Shown piece by piece: positions 14,056 through 28,452 of a stretch of 64,000 nucleotides of DNA. The stretch spans positions 330,158-394,157 of the forward strand of contig NMRA01000153.1 in the NCBI GenBank assembly GCA_002633005.1, written 5' to 3'. The translations under genes were made by a program, and so were the position numbers. Under the pieces are notes generated by a model, which did no database searches, was not told the origin of the DNA, and worked only from the letters and a program-made list of their open reading frames with translations. This stretch comes from Phoronis australis. Lineage: Eukaryota > Animalia > Phoronida. How positions within the stretch are numbered: the stretch's first letter is position 1; the number at the start of each line of letters is the position of its first letter.

Positions 14056-14528
14056 CACACGGGTTGCTAGTCAGATCATGTGCTTTGCTTGGTATGCATA
14101 GTAATATCTTGCGTAGACCTGCAAGATCTCTGCAAACTTGCAATGAACTAGCCATAGGCAGCGCTGTACTTCTTCTTCCTGCTCTGATTACGTTCAACTG
14201 TGATTCAAAATTTAGAATTTTGACTTTAGTTTCGTAGCCCATGTGACATATCTGTATTATGTCCAGTCATTATGTGGACCTGAAGACACATAATATCACG
14301 TCTTTGCAATATTTATGTAAAATCGTCAAATTTTTAATTAGACCACGTAACAACATGAATTGGTCTCAAAAGACAACTAGTACATAGTTTTAATCGAGGT
14401 TAGCAGTGATGTTCACCAAGGGTTCTTTAAGGGGTCAAAAAGTTACAATTTCAGATGAGACTCAATAAGTTGACATTTACAGTAGTACAGCTGTTCAGGA
14501 ACACAGTTGTTAGCAAGTTTTAAGTAAC

Positions 14529-14558
14529 ACACAGACAGACAGACAGACAGACAGACAG
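14529..14558. repeat. (ACAG)n microsatellite
   Basis: acagacagacag run. Confidence 0.9.
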
Positions 14559-16017
14559 AGGTGCATTACCTAACACATTTGTAATGGGACTCTTGTAGTA
14601 AGAAAGCTTATCCAATGGAAATGATTTTCTTCAATAGCTTTCAGGACATGAACTTAGCGAAAACTATCACGGGTTTTGCTAATTTGCAACTGGCTTTGAA
14701 ACGAGAAGAACTGCAATTGGAGTGACTAAATGTCTTTAAAGCGTACTTCTAACACATGAAAATCTGTTAACTTCCAAAAGTTAGCAAAAATAATATGTTA
14801 GCAAGATTCATATTCAAGAACTCAACCTGGCTTTATGATAACTCAACATTCTGGTCTCGTCCACCAGTAATTTCAGTAGCGGCCATTTTGCCTACCAAGA
14901 GCTTAGGCTCACTCACGAAACACTCGCCAATCACGAGCGTGATCTTGTGTGGTCTTGTATGATCTTGCCAAACTTGTAAGAAAATTGCAATACTGAATGC
15001 ACTCCTACCTAATAGCCTAAACACCAAGTGGAATTCCTCCTGCAGATTCGCAGCTATTTTGTGCCTTTATGTGGCACTCATCAATGAGCTGAGACCAATC
15101 TCAGCTCTAAAAACCAAGTAAAGGACTAGATGCTAGAATTAACTAGTCACCCAGTTCCAACAATCACAAGAACCAAAGGCTTCCACATCAAAACAAACCC
15201 ATAATATTCAAACACTGGTGACACAAGTTCATTACCAAGTGCCATTTTTGCTATTTCAAGAAAAATCTACATTTTATCATTCACTCCTGATGAAGAGCTT
15301 TGTTTATAGGGCTCTAATGATACATTTGAGTTTGTTTATGTGTTGATCATCATGGGTCATAAAGTAATACCAATGAATCCTAACTGTTAAACAAATATCA
15401 AAGCCTGTATCATGCCAATTTCACAAATCAACAGGGTTCCGTGACACATACACACCCAACAGGGCTAGAATCTCGGTTCTTGTTTGGCAACCTAGTAAAA
15501 ATCCCAAGTTGCCATTAAGTTGCCACGCCACATCCAAGCATGCATTAAGAATACTACAGGAAGTAAACATTGACAAGTCGGAACCATTCAGCAAAAATCA
15601 GGACTCGAACGTGATTGCGTTCCTCAGCACCCAGCAGGCTTGATGCTCGTAATTTCACTTCGAGCAAACAAGGCATTTCTTGGGCTTTTTATTTCAAGTA
15701 TTTCGTTTTCAGCTCTTACCACCGATTTTTTGCTATCTCAGTTCCTGTTTGACGAGCAGGTCACACTTGGCAAGTTGACATTATTGCTAAGCATCAAGCC
15801 CTGCTTTCTTATTTTAAAAATTTGCTGAAGAACCATGACATTGTTTCAGTTATTCCTTTGAAATTAATTTTCCCTTTCAAACACTGATCAAATGAAAAAT
15901 TTTTCTACAGAGTCTAATAAGCCATCCACAGCCAACCAACAAAATGAAATGCTGCTTATTACTTACTGCAAAAGATAAAATGATTGACGACTCTGCACAC
16001 TCCACAGTCGATCTTAC

Positions 16018-16503
16018 CTGGTTTGTTTTCCAGTTTCAGCGACATCGCAAATCTACTGTACTGGCCAGGAACCCACTTAAAGGTGATGTTAAGATACTGT
16101 GAGACTGAATGAAAGACTTGAGGCGACTGGTAATTCATGTTGGCCTCGCAGATAACGCTCGTGTGTAGACAATTCGATTGGTTGTAAGACACGATCTCAA
16201 TGTACGGTAGACAGTCTTTACTGCCGGCCGCCACCTGGTGGCCGATTGTGTCGCATTGCTTAGCACCAGAGTCTAACTGAGAATGTGGTAACCTCTCCAT
16301 GGCAACGGAGTCGTTCGTTGTTTGAGTTTTTGCATTGCTTCGGGGCCTCCATTGGGAGAAGTTTGATATATTTGTGAAGTTGAGTATCATCTGTACATTC
16401 TTGGATGGTCTAATATCATATCGACATGCCTCGACGCCCCGTTTTTCGTAGATCAGTGAAACAGCATTGATTTCATCCGACTCTTCATATGTCTCGTAAC
16501 AAA
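16018..16503 (-). CDS. Internal coding exon encoding a divergent CUB-like extracellular domain (host gene unidentified)
   Basis: Minus strand: acceptor ttgttctag| and donor ccag|gtaaga; 486 bp, stop-free, phase 1-1. Translation xCYETYEESDEINAVSLIYEKRGVEACRYDIRPSKNVQMILNFTNISNF...DCLPYIEIVSYNQSNCLHTSVICEANMNYQSPQVFHSVSQYLNITFKWVPGQYSRFAMSLKLENKP has CUB hallmarks (C..C-x-Y-x-I, I-L-N-F, C-x-x-Y-I-E-I, C..P..F-x-S...L-x-I-x-F....F) and several N-glycosylation sequons. Phase 1-1 symmetry is typical of shuffled extracellular modules. Confidence 0.8.
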
Positions 16504-18332
16504 CTAGAACAACATGAATGTGTTAGAGCAGCCCATAAGAAACAACAATGTCTGCAAAGTAATATTCGTGGCATTTAATATTGTGCAAATATTTTTTTAT
16601 ATCTGCCACGCGCATCTAATTAGGTCAAGCCAAAGTCACAAACCTATAAGCTGAAATAAACCGAGTTAGTGGCCGTGTCAATCTTCCCGACGATGCAGCA
16701 ATTAATGAAGTCCACTACGCCCATGGAATTAATATGTGTACCTTAAAGCATCCTCAAATTTGAAGAACTTCCTGTGGTAATCTAATCTTTGGGAGACTTT
16801 CGTTAACGACATGAGGACTGATCACATGGAACCTGATACTAGTGGCCTCAAGTACAAGGCAATTTCGTTTTTGTTTAAAAACACATCACGTCTATTCACA
16901 TACACTGTAAAAGGACCTTTTTATGAAGTCAAACATGTTCCCTTACGCTTACTTCTGAAAAGAAAAAGAAGTACCTCTTACTACAGACAGGAGGCGCTAA
17001 CAGCCACCAGATCCATGTGATCAGCCCCTATTGCTTCCCGAAAGTCTCCCAAACCCATATGGAAAATCCGCCACCCATACTTCAGAACATGTTGACGACC
17101 TAGCTTTTTTGCGATAACAGAAAACGTAAACAGAATTCCTAGAATCTGACTTCTTTCACAGAATTAGGGGCTTCAAACAGAATTTACATATTACAATGGC
17201 AGATTTCATGATTCTAATATTTTTGGTTGTTAATTACCAAATATTAAGAATATAAGTATAACCCATCAACTTTATCAATTATGGCCACAAATTGAGGGAT
17301 GGCCACTTTGCAGCAGACATGCTCAAGTAGTTCATTCTGGCAGAAGGTGGCGCTACTACTTTCCAGTTCTGAGAAACAATAAATAAGGCATGCAGCAAAA
17401 CAGAGATGTGATATAATGCAGTGCAAAAAATAAGGACATTCCCAGATCACCAATGTATGTTAGTTATCGCTTTAAAATCAAACAAAATTTGCATAATCAC
17501 AAACGGAAAAAAACAGAATTCTCTGCTTCGAAAAGAGAACAGTTAAGGGTCCCAAAACATGGGTGTGGTGACCTTGAGCCACCAGTAATGGTTGAAACAG
17601 GGAAGAAAGAACATGAGCTGGCATCTTCATCTCTCTAAATGAAGCCAGATGTCAGCTTGTGCCAGACCTCAGCCTAATTAGCTTCACAACCATACCACTG
17701 GGTCTCAAGTGGAAGAAACTGGATTATGAATGCTATAAAAACTGACTTCTAGATAACCTTTTGGTTTCTTCACAAATAAGTCGCTTCTGTCTCACAATAC
17801 AGCAATGTACTTTTCTCGCAAAAACAACTTAGTTTATCATATTGTCAATACTTTTAATGCCATGCACTTTTACCATGGTGACAAGTGCCAACAATATTGA
17901 TGAAACAACATGCCTACATTAGCTTAGGAGGACCATAAAGAGGTGCTGCTGTTCTTTTAATCAGATTGTAAATATTTGTAAGTGCTTCACACCATTAGTT
18001 AGTAACTGGTTTGTGATTACAAATCTTCCACATCGGTTGTCAAACTACACAGTATTCCAATGTTGTGAATGAAATTATTTCCCAGTACAAAATACCTTAA
18101 GTCTTATACGCAGGTAAGTGAAGGAGCTTTCTGCAGACATGCCTCAAGCACAACTAACAGTTTAGGGACAAAAAGTTAAATCCAAATATATGTCACTGAA
18201 GTAACAAAAATAAACTCTTGAGTACATCAACACAGTAGCAGGTGTGCAAACTGAAACTAACAGACTAAATACACAATATTGTTGATGTACGATTGTCCCC
18301 AAAGGGGGAGTTATGGTTGACATTTCACTTAC

Positions 18333-18359
18333 CTTGAAGTTGCATAGCGCCCTACGTAG
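18333..18359 (-). other. Candidate 27-bp micro-exon
   Basis: Minus strand ttttttgccag|ctacgtagggcgctatgcaacttcaag|gtaagt. Strong splice sites, but the phase-1 frame has TAG, so it cannot join the CUB exon directly. Confidence 0.25.
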
Positions 18360-19629
18360 CTGGCAAAAAATTGAAAATCAAACTAGGCCTTTAACTCTCA
18401 TAAAATTGCTCAAAAAACATTCCTTACCCTAATAGTATCCTATTTTTCTTACCAACAAGTACATTGAAACCACCAACAAACACTTCAGAACTTACTGCGG
18501 ATGGCCAACCTTGAAATTAAGATTTTGAAAATGGGCACATACACACTCCATGTGATATTTGCCTACACTTTAAGATTAAACGTGCTTAAGAATTCAACAT
18601 TGATAGCTAAACAGCAGCAAAATGCAAGAACAAGTTTTGGTTTTGGTGTCCATTTCCTCTAAACCTGGAAAAAGTTTTAGGATTCATTAAGGCATATTTT
18701 GCCAAATGTACCCTTTTGGAATATATGCAGTATATGTCCCAAACGGATATGCCCGCTGGCCATATCCAAAGATGGGCATGCCCGAAGTAAACTCCAGCAC
18801 CATACATAATTATGACATTTTTGTGTTTTCAGCAAGAACACCCTAATAAACAGCCGAGAGTGTTATAATTTATCTAGCAATTTAGCTTCTAGAAAAATAT
18901 ATCTACAGCATATGTCACTGACATCTGCCTTGATTTAGAGAGCTGGAGTCACTAAATTAAAGTAACACCTAGGTGACCTTGAAAAATGACCTTGGAGAGT
19001 ATGTCTACATCAGCACACGATCACAACCAATTTTTATGAAAATAGACACCGGCACAGCACAGTATTGGCATTGGAAGCTTGACAGAGTGCCAGACCATAG
19101 CAAACGGGTACTATCAACTTACAACACTGTACAATTTGGGAATTGGACAAAACAGGTGACCCTAAATAGAGACTCTGGTTTTCCATGATAACAAAGTGTT
19201 GATCAGTGCCCACCGGTTTTGCAAACTGATGGTATGTTCCAAGAGATGTTAATGAGATGCACATGTAAGCTAAAATAATACAACATAACCAATGTATACC
19301 TAACAACTGGCAGCAATAGTTATAAATGACAAGAAAGTGCTAGTAACGTGTCTTATCTAATCATAACATTTCAAAAATTAAGTTTTCAAAAGAGAAAATA
19401 AAATGTGGCAAAGGGACACAGCATACACAAGGCACCCTAACATTGGCAGGTGTAATCTATCTTTCACAAATGAACAACCATGAGAGACACAAAAATGACA
19501 CCAGCAATAGTTCCCATCATCTCAGTGGAACATAACTGAAAATTCAAGCACGTCCATCAAGCAATTTGGAGGAGTGAGATTCGGACACTCAGACATAGAA
19601 AAGAGGGCAAAGGAAGTCGAGTCAAGTGG

Positions 19630-19688
19630 CAGCGCGATACTGCCAGCGCGATACTGTCGGCGCGATACTGCCGGCACGATACTGCCAT
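19630..19688. repeat. 14-bp tandem repeat, ~4 copies
   Basis: gcgcgatactgcca-type units. Confidence 0.85.
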
Positions 19689-19826
19689 ATAACCTTGAGT
19701 CAATTAAGTTTCATCAAGGTCCACCTATTGGTTCTCTTCATATTATCAAAACATGCTTTCAATGATGAATATTCTGTCCAAAACTAAAACAGCCATTTAG
19801 GAGTGCTAGGGTAGCCAAATATGTGG

Positions 19827-21122
19827 AACAAGAGCAATGCGGAGCATTGAAATGAGCCCACAAATGCATCGCAAATGGTGTGATTTTAGGGCTGTTTGTT
19901 TGTATCATCGAAATGGACACTAGATGGTGCAAAATACGTTGAATCTGTCTCTAAACCAGAAAATGTCGTTTCTTTAAAAGAAAGCCATTCACCAAATTTC
20001 ATTAAAATTCGTCAAGGAACTTCTAAAAAACAGAGGAAAACGTAAAAAATGAAATTGCCACTAGGGGGCACAGTGTTCGTCGTCTTCTCTTGTTAACTCC
20101 ATATAAATACACATGCTCAATTTAATAAAGATCCTGCAGAGCAATTAGGAGATACAGGTATGGGTGCAAAAAAAAAAAAAAACACACCTCGAGGAGGCGC
20201 CACAGTACTCGAAGTCATTGGAAAATCATCATCAACCATCCCCTTCATAGAAAGAACATACATGCCAACTTTCACAATAATCCTTAGAGTAGTTTGGTTG
20301 ACAGAGGGACGACACCAAAATACAGACTCAAAAACAACAAAAATGGCCACTAGGTGGTGCAAACTACGAATCCATTCGAAAACAAGAGGATACCATCATC
20401 TCACTAATAGATGTCTATGTGCCAAATTTTCTAGAAATCCGTTAAGGAACTTTGAAGATACAGAGGTAAAAGTAAAAAAACCAAAACTGCCACTAGGGCA
20501 CACACCGATACACCGATCTGTCTGAAAGTCGTCATTGTCCGTTGTCAACTTCATATAAAGACATTTGCTAAATTTAATAAAGATCCTGTAGAATGTTTAG
20601 GAGATACAGCCATGGGCGCAAAAACAAACAAAACTGCCACTAGGAGGCGCCACAGTAGTCGAAGTCGTCGGAAAATCATCGTTAACGGTCTTCCTCATAG
20701 TAAGTACATGCCAATTTTCACAATCATCCTTAAAGTGGTTTGGTTGTTAGAGGTGCAGACACCAAAAAAACGACTCAAAAACAGTAAAAATAGCCTCTAG
20801 ATGGCGCAAAATGCCTCGAATCCATCCGAAAACAAGAGGATGGCGTCAACTCATTAATAGATAGATGCCTATGTGCCAAATTTTACGAAAATTGGTTACA
20901 GACCTTTGAAGATAGAGAAGCAAACGTAAAAACTAAAATTGCCACTAGGGAACACAGTGGTATTCGGGTTGGTCCGAAACTCGTCGCCCTCTGTCGTCAA
21001 CCCCATACGAACACACTTGCCAAATTTCAATCAGATCCTGCAAGGGGTTTAGGAGACGCCAGATGGCCAGACAGAGATGACGGCAATATGCGACCACATA
21101 TAAATATGTGGGCGCATAAAAA
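19827..21122 (+). mobile_element. Helentron-associated (HINE/DINE-1-like) non-autonomous element, family A
   Basis: 5' aacaagag + hairpin caatgc-gga-gcattg; ~7 internal ~150-bp gccactagg monomers; 3' palindrome atgcgaccacata-taaa-tatgtgggcgcat followed by aaaaa. Confidence 0.75.
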
Positions 21123-23118
21123 TCCATTGGTCTCAGCACAACCCTATCATGTACCTCTGTGTCAAGTACCGTAAATATATCAGGATCTATCAATCAGTTC
21201 TCCAGAGTCAGACAGTGGTCAAATCCACCAAAAAGTACACTGGTGCGGTGAACTGTGGTCACATACATTCAAGATTCATTGAAATCCGTCAATAGGTTCT
21301 CTAGATATCATCCTAAAGAATTCTTCCCTCTAGAATACTGAAATAGTTCCTTCTTTACACCAAAACGCCCCGAAAGGAGTGCTGCAGTTGTCTAATTCGT
21401 CCAAAAATTGACTGTTGCTGGCAGATTACTGTCACGCACCTCTATTACAAGTTTCATTCAAATTTGTCACCAGGGGCAGATTGAAAGCCCCACGCACTGT
21501 ATGACTGAACATCACTTGACTAGATTATCAATGAATGTTACACCCAAAATGCCCTTATAAGCTTGTGGGTGCTTAAAAATAAATAATTGAAACATCAGCT
21601 GATGAACGTTGAGCCACACTGAGTATCAAAATGCACAAATACGGTAATTTATGCAGCTACTAAGCTGCTCCCAAGCAACCCTGGTGGTAGAGAATAAAAG
21701 CCACATGCAAACTACAGTTAGGTATAGTCAACGCACTTGTTTTTTCAGGGTATCTTATTTCAAACACATGTGCGGTTTCGGAGAGTTCATTGCTCCCATA
21801 GTCTGTTGCCTGAGGTTACACCAGGACTGCTGCCTGTCTCAACAGTAAAGCCTATATGTCTGTCTCAACTGTTGGTCTCATTTAGGCTAATATTTTCTCA
21901 ACCACAATCTAGCGTTTTTTATCGATCCATGACAGCTATAATTGCTTTAAAAAACATATTAAAAAAATTGTTGAATGCTCAAGAACGTCACACTCCTTTA
22001 ACTGAGCAGTACATCCTACGGTTTATGAAATATTTGTTCTGCGACACTTGTCAAAGGGCCCTATACTGAATTCATAAGCAATTAATACAACGTAATAAAC
22101 CTTATCTGCTGCAAGGCTTGGAAAGGAATTGCTCTTTATCGTACACTCATGTACTATGTTTTGTTCAATTCATTTTCACTAATTTCATGGTACCATAGCA
22201 AAGTGAATTTCTATGAATTAAGACACTGTTGCCCTATTTCAGTATCACCTGTCATCTGTGTGGTTATCCCGCAATTCATATCGTTGACACTGGCTGCGAT
22301 GTTGATGCTGTTTGCGTACGGAGATGGGGAGTGTTCTGGTTTACATTCGTCATATCCCTACTTCATTTCCCCATAAACGGTATGCTATGTGCTACACCCT
22401 TCAATTCAATCTCTAATTCAATTCTTCCTGCCAATGAAGAACACAGATGATCGGATACATTGGAGACGCGTGTTTCATGGTCTGATCTGGCCCAATTTTT
22501 GCCGAACAATTCTGACTTCCGTCTGTTTACTTCCTGTTGTAATTTAAGTGCATTTGACGTGAGCTGACTGCTGAGGGTGGCAAATGTACTGATTTCACGA
22601 AATAAACGAAATAATTGTGAACCAAGGTATTGAACCAGTTTTTTAAACGAATTTCAGGGGAATTATCATCTGACTTTGCTACTGTTGTAGTGACTTTGAG
22701 GCAAACAGGGATTTTCCCCAGGTGGCCAAACACAATCTAAAATGGCACTGGCCTCCTGCAAGTGACCAAAGCGTTATTATTAGTTACTTATATACCGGTA
22801 TATATTCAACCTACAGAGTGCCCAGGTAGAAATGTATGCACACAAATAAAAATGTTTGATTTAAAAATAATAAAAAAGCGCTAAAAATAGACGTATTATT
22901 AGAAATAAAAAGAAAATCACAGAAACAGTTTTCAAGCCCTTTTATCAAAGTAATAATACCTGATGCTAAATAGCTAACAGATGTTTTACAAGATGACGTT
23001 CAAAAAACAACATTTAACCAAAATTATCTAGAGTTGTGAATGACATTTTAATTTGAGAGAACACATTCGTACTTCTGCAAGATGCAATTCGTTTGTTGCT
23101 GACGTTAAGTTGATGTAA

Positions 23119-23296
23119 ATTGAGCGAGATGCCATTATTGAGCGAGATGCCGTTATTGAGCGAGATGCCATTATTGAGCGAGATGTCATTATTGAGCGAG
23201 ATGCCATTATTGAGCGAGATGCCATTATTGAGCGAGATACCATTATTGAGCGAGATGCCATTATTGAGCGAGATGTCATTATTGAGCGAGATACCA
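23119..23296. repeat. 18-bp minisatellite, ~10 copies
   Basis: Unit attgagcgagatgccatt; source of the SEMPLL / NNGISL pseudo-ORFs. Confidence 0.97.
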
Positions 23297-23909
23297 CTAA
23301 TTTTTGTCACTTTCCAACCAATGGCACTACCCTTTCAATGCAAAGTTTAACTACAGAAATCAGAAACCACAACTCCTCTCAAAATTGTGGAAAAATCTTC
23401 AGAGATGCGCAATGGATAACGTTACCTCCACTCTGAAGGTCGTAATCGCTAGACGTCCTAAAGTTCTTCCTTTCTGAGGACATTTGGAAATGGCGTCACC
23501 ATCGAGTTCTCGATAGTCGCATGCAAAGAATAAGAGGATAGAGAGAATACTACTGGTCAACCTTGCGTTATTTTTCGTAAATGATGAGAGAATTGTTATT
23601 TGCGAATTCATTCAAGAGAATGATTCAACTATGCCATCTGGTGTTTAATCTAGAGAACTAGTGATAACTTTGATGTCACTCACGGAAAGTACTCAGTAGG
23701 ATAGATAATGACAATTTTCATAAGAGTTTCGATATAGCCAAGTTTCCCAAAGTGATGTTATTAAACTTACATATATCCTAAACAGCACACCTCCAAAGAT
23801 GAACACTCAAAATTATAACTTAGAAGTTCAGTACCTGGAAGATGAACCATTTCAAAACTACGCCAGTGAGCAACACATTCTATAAATAGACAAGCATCTA
23901 TCATTGGGG

Positions 23910-24062
23910 TCATCCGGATGCGATGTGTCCAGGATTCTATGTGTCCAGTTTTCTAAGCATTGGACAGGGTTCTAGGAGTCCCGTTTTATGCATGTCAGGG
24001 TTCCATGCATCCCCGGTTCTATGCATCCCGGGTTCTATGTGTCCCAGGTACTGTGTGTTCCG
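23910..24062. repeat. Degenerate ~18-bp tandem repeat
   Basis: gggttctatgcatccc-like units. Confidence 0.7.
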
Positions 24063-26239
24063 GTGTGGCACTGAGTTGTGATTGTCCCCTTCTAGAGTAT
24101 GTCCTAGCTGCATGTATTTGATTGCCAGCGTTATTCAGTGAATTATGCGGATGCTTCAATCAAATACATGCTAGCTGGACAATTTCTCCAGGAGGACAGT
24201 GGTTACATTTATACCGAGTTTCACGAGTGCCTGATCAGTGCTCGAACAGCCAAGAAAAATCAACATAACATCTCCGTTTACAACCAAGCCAAAATCTCAC
24301 TAACTAAAGGCGCATTTTAAAGATCCAGCTCAAATTCGAAAACTCCAGGGGCATTGCTTGATCCATAACCAGGTTACGATGAGGATGCACAAAAACAACA
24401 CTTTACTTCATAAAACGCAAAAGACCAAAATCAATTGCTAAAATTTTGGTTTCAAGAGCTTCTAACATAAATGTGAATGCCCATGTTTCAAATCAGCATT
24501 CCATGCTACAGAACTTGGAAATGATGAAGCATAGTACCTCGTAACTTATGAAAAATGAGAAAATATAACTTCACTAGTCCGCCATGTTGTGTACAAAACT
24601 GAGAATTCATTGCATACAATCGATTCTGCACAGAAAGTGGCAGACGTGTGTTTGTTGGCTGGACACGCAGACAGTAGCAGATGATACAGAGACATTACAC
24701 TATCTGACTGCTTGTGGTTAACCACTGTACTTATTGACTTACTGATTTAAGTGACTTTTGACCTGATAATCACTGTGAGGTGCACACAGGGAATATTTAT
24801 TGCTATATTTTATAGCTAATTCATTATATGGTAAAACCTCACTAGTGTAAGACACAAAATGGCTGTCAAGTGAAATTTTATTTGATCGTTTTTTAGGTAA
24901 AGACGTGTAGCACCAAACTGAATGTTCAAGTTTTGTACCACAGTTACTCTCAGACAATATTTCATAAAATTATGGGTATTTACAAGTGTTAGCTCTTAAA
25001 ATATAAAATGCAAAATGTGCTTTTGGCAAATACTCTTGATGACTCAGCTGATATTTGACGGTGCGTTAAGTTGAAATATAAAAGGGACATTTCAGCCTTA
25101 TACCTGAACTAGCTACAACTTTTGACGAATTTGAACAAGAGCAATATTGCCAAACAATTAGGTAGCCATAATAAGGTCATACAAAAATCAGCTACTTCAA
25201 AGAAACATAATTGGTTTTACGACTAGGATTATTTTTCGATGGGACAGACTTCTTAGAAGTTATTAGCTTTGACCGGAGCAATAAAGAAACCGAATCCGTT
25301 GTGTTTTTGTGATTTTATTACAAATTGCCAATTCTCGTCGTCGTCTGAAAGCCATTCGCTGAAATCATGGCTGGTGACTTTACCAGTTAATTACAATTAA
25401 AATTCTCCCTCATTTACTGAGTGGGGTTTAGCTACGACCACAAAGTGTTGAACAGCAGCCGCTGAGATTGTGAGCTTGATTCAGCATAGCAAATGATCTC
25501 GGAAACCCAACTTTTCTTGCCGATATCACTTTAAATAAAGCATAAAGCAACGAATCAGGACAAAAAAACAACCGATGGAACAATGGCACTGTACATGACT
25601 TTCACACCATCAGGGCAACTGCAATGCTTTTGCAGAATCAGTCAGTGTGAAAGCTTAAACCCAGGACGCAGTGGAGCTGCAACACCTCCATGCTGTGTGA
25701 TCACTAGGTCTCCACACGTAAGACATATTCAATCTAGAACACCAACTAATGTCATCTGGCATAAAATCCAGAGACAGGGTTGCGACCTAGTGATAATTTC
25801 GATGTCACTGACGGAGAAGAATGAGTAAGAAAGAGAATTTTGTTACTATGGAGTTTCAATAGAGAAAGCGACTTAAAGCCTAAAGATCAGTTTTGTGTTC
25901 TATACAAGTTCTCTCTACTTTCAATCAAAAGTAGCTCCACAGACATTTCAGTAACCATTTTGAATGTGTTATGATTGATTATCAAAATTCTACAACCTTA
26001 GGAACATCAAAATATGACTTTGTATTTTTTTCAGAAATGTGCTCTAGAACCTACATCTTTTTCACTTTTTGCAAGTCAAGATAAACAAGCTCAAATAAAG
26101 TGATAAAAATATTTGGCTTCGTTTTCATATTTTTGTAACTTTACTCCTCGAGATATTAAAGAGAGCAACACTAGGACACAAAAAATAGCATTGTCATGGT
26201 TTGGTGGAAGGAGCGGGTGATGTCAAAATCAAACAGATA

Positions 26240-27389
26240 TTTTTAAAATGGCCACTGAGTTGCACAGAATACGTCAAAACCACCTGGAAATAAAACACGC
26301 CGCTGTCTCCTTAATAGAGAGACCTATTTGCAAAATTTCGGAATAAAAACTAGCCGCAATCCATCGAATACATCTCCAAACGGGAACCTGTCGACTTTTT
26401 AATAGAAACCTATTTATTTAAGTTCATAAAAATCTACCAAGAAGTTTCAAAGATACAGAGGAAATCAAAAATTGCCACTAGGGGGCTCAGCGGTAGTCGT
26501 ATCCATCCAGATGTCGTCGTTATCTGTTGCCAACTTCATATAAATACATTGGCCAAATTTAATAAACATCCTGCTGTGGGTTTAGGACAGTCAGTAACAA
26601 AGGCCACTATATGGCATTAAATACGTCAAATCCATCTGAAAACGGAAAGATATCAATGTTCCCTTGATCGAGCTATTTACCAACTTCCAAAAAATTCCAT
26701 CAAGGAGAGACAGAGGTAAACATAAAAAGCCCTAAAATTACCACTAGGAGGCACACCAGTAGTCGGATTCGTTCAAAAGTCATCATAATGCGATGTCAAC
26801 TTCATACAGGTACCTTTGCTCAATTTATTAAAGATCCTACGTAGCATTTAGGAGATATAGCCATGGGCACAAAAAACTGCCACTAGGAGGCATCACAGAA
26901 GTTAAAGTCGTCAAAAAAACATCATCAGCCGTCCTCTTCACAGTAAGAACATAAATCATCCTCAGAGAGGTTTGGTTAACAGAGGGGCGGACACCAAAAA
27001 CAAACTTCAAAACAGCAAAAATGGCCACTAGGTGTCGCAAAATACCTTGAATCCATCAAAAAGTGGGAGGATAGAATAATCTCACTTATAGATGCCTATC
27101 AGCCAAACTTTATGAAGATACAAAGGTAAACGTAAAAAAATAAAATTGACACCAGAGGACACATCAGTAGTCGGATCTGTCCAAAGGGTTCGCTGATGCC
27201 ATCCAATCCATGAAAGGAACATATGAGCAAACTTTCATGAATATAAATCAAAGGGTTTTGGAGACATAGCAGCAGACGCTAGACAAATGCCAGATGGCCG
27301 CTGGATGGACAGGCGCTGGATGGAGGACATGGAGGACGGACAGGGTGAGAGTGTAATGGGCAACACAAAAATATGTGGGCACATAAAAA
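26240..27389 (+). mobile_element. HINE-like family A copy (older, 5' end unclear)
   Basis: Same gccactagg ~150-bp monomers, gacgg/gatgg low-complexity tail and tatgtgggcacataaaaa terminus. Confidence 0.75.
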
Positions 27390-28452
27390 CAGAAGTGGCA
27401 GCAATTCTCCTAACTTTAAGATGAAATTTAGTTAACTTTCTTGGAAAATGTGACTATTTGTACCTTCTGTTGGTATTGTAATACCCATACATGGATATAC
27501 CTAATTTGGTTGGTTTATCCATTATCTCTTGTAGCCTTTACTAATGTCAGCTTGCCAAAATTCCCAGGTTGACAAACGGTACCCGAGGTCACCAAACCCA
27601 GTTGAATAGAGGGAAGCGAAAAAGCCGCTAGCATACCCGAGATCGTTTTTTCTTTGCTCGAACGGATTAGAAGTGACTCCATCAAAAGGAGCCTGAGTTG
27701 CTGATGACTAATATGATCACAATAAAAAGCTACAAATTTCTCATTTCACTTGAAAATAGAAGAAACTGAACTTTGATAAAAACTGAACCCCTATAGAGCA
27801 ATTAATAGCACGTCATGTTTTTCATTAACATATGAGACGATTAACTGATTAGGTAAAAAACATGAACTTCGCGAAAGTTCAAGAACAAAGAAAAAAACCT
27901 GACGCACATTTTACAATATTTTAATCTATCTCAACAATAACCTCAATCACTTACCGGGTATAACAGTGATCATCAAAAGATTGATTATCAACTATCGGCG
28001 TGAATTACACTAATTTTTAACTATCGTATTCACAGGGGTTTACCATATTTCCACAACACTTTTCAAAGATTTTTTTCTGTAGCGTTTCACGTAGGCTACA
28101 CTTACGGATACAGGCAGCTTAGCCTTGTATGCCTGAATTGTGTTTTATCCACTCTTAAAGTTTTTGATTCAACAGTTTTTATTAAATGGGAACTTGGAAT
28201 TCATTAGACTGCATTAGAGTATAAAATAAGGAGTCTACCCTGAGAAATGCGTGTAATCAGGTATTATATAGTAAAATGTCACTAATTTGGGACAAAAATT
28301 GAGGGTGACATAGTGCAACTTTATACCCAGGAGCAGCACTAGGCCTTTGTTCAGTTCCACTGATCTATGGCAGTTATTATTTAGCCCAAGAAGGGCCTCT
28401 GAAATATTTCAGTGCCTGTGTATTTCCTCTCTTCATTTGGTTTCCTGCCTAT

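Noticed and set aside
13715-14242. 175-aa hydrophobic ORF
   Set aside because: Derived from the 44-bp minisatellite.
22240-22365. Minus-strand GYDECKPEH... resembling a calcium-binding EGF start
   Set aside because: Lacks the required cysteines and has a purine-rich acceptor.
23014-23350. SEMPLL / NNGISL repeat proteins
   Set aside because: An 18-bp minisatellite lacking stops in several frames.
23399-23611. Minus-strand ORF with a signal-peptide-like stretch and a gag|gtaacg donor
   Set aside because: Short hydrophobic core and mediocre donor; the ORF-frame donor is phase 0 and does not match the phase-1 CUB exon; an alternative 48-bp exon reading is equally unsupported.
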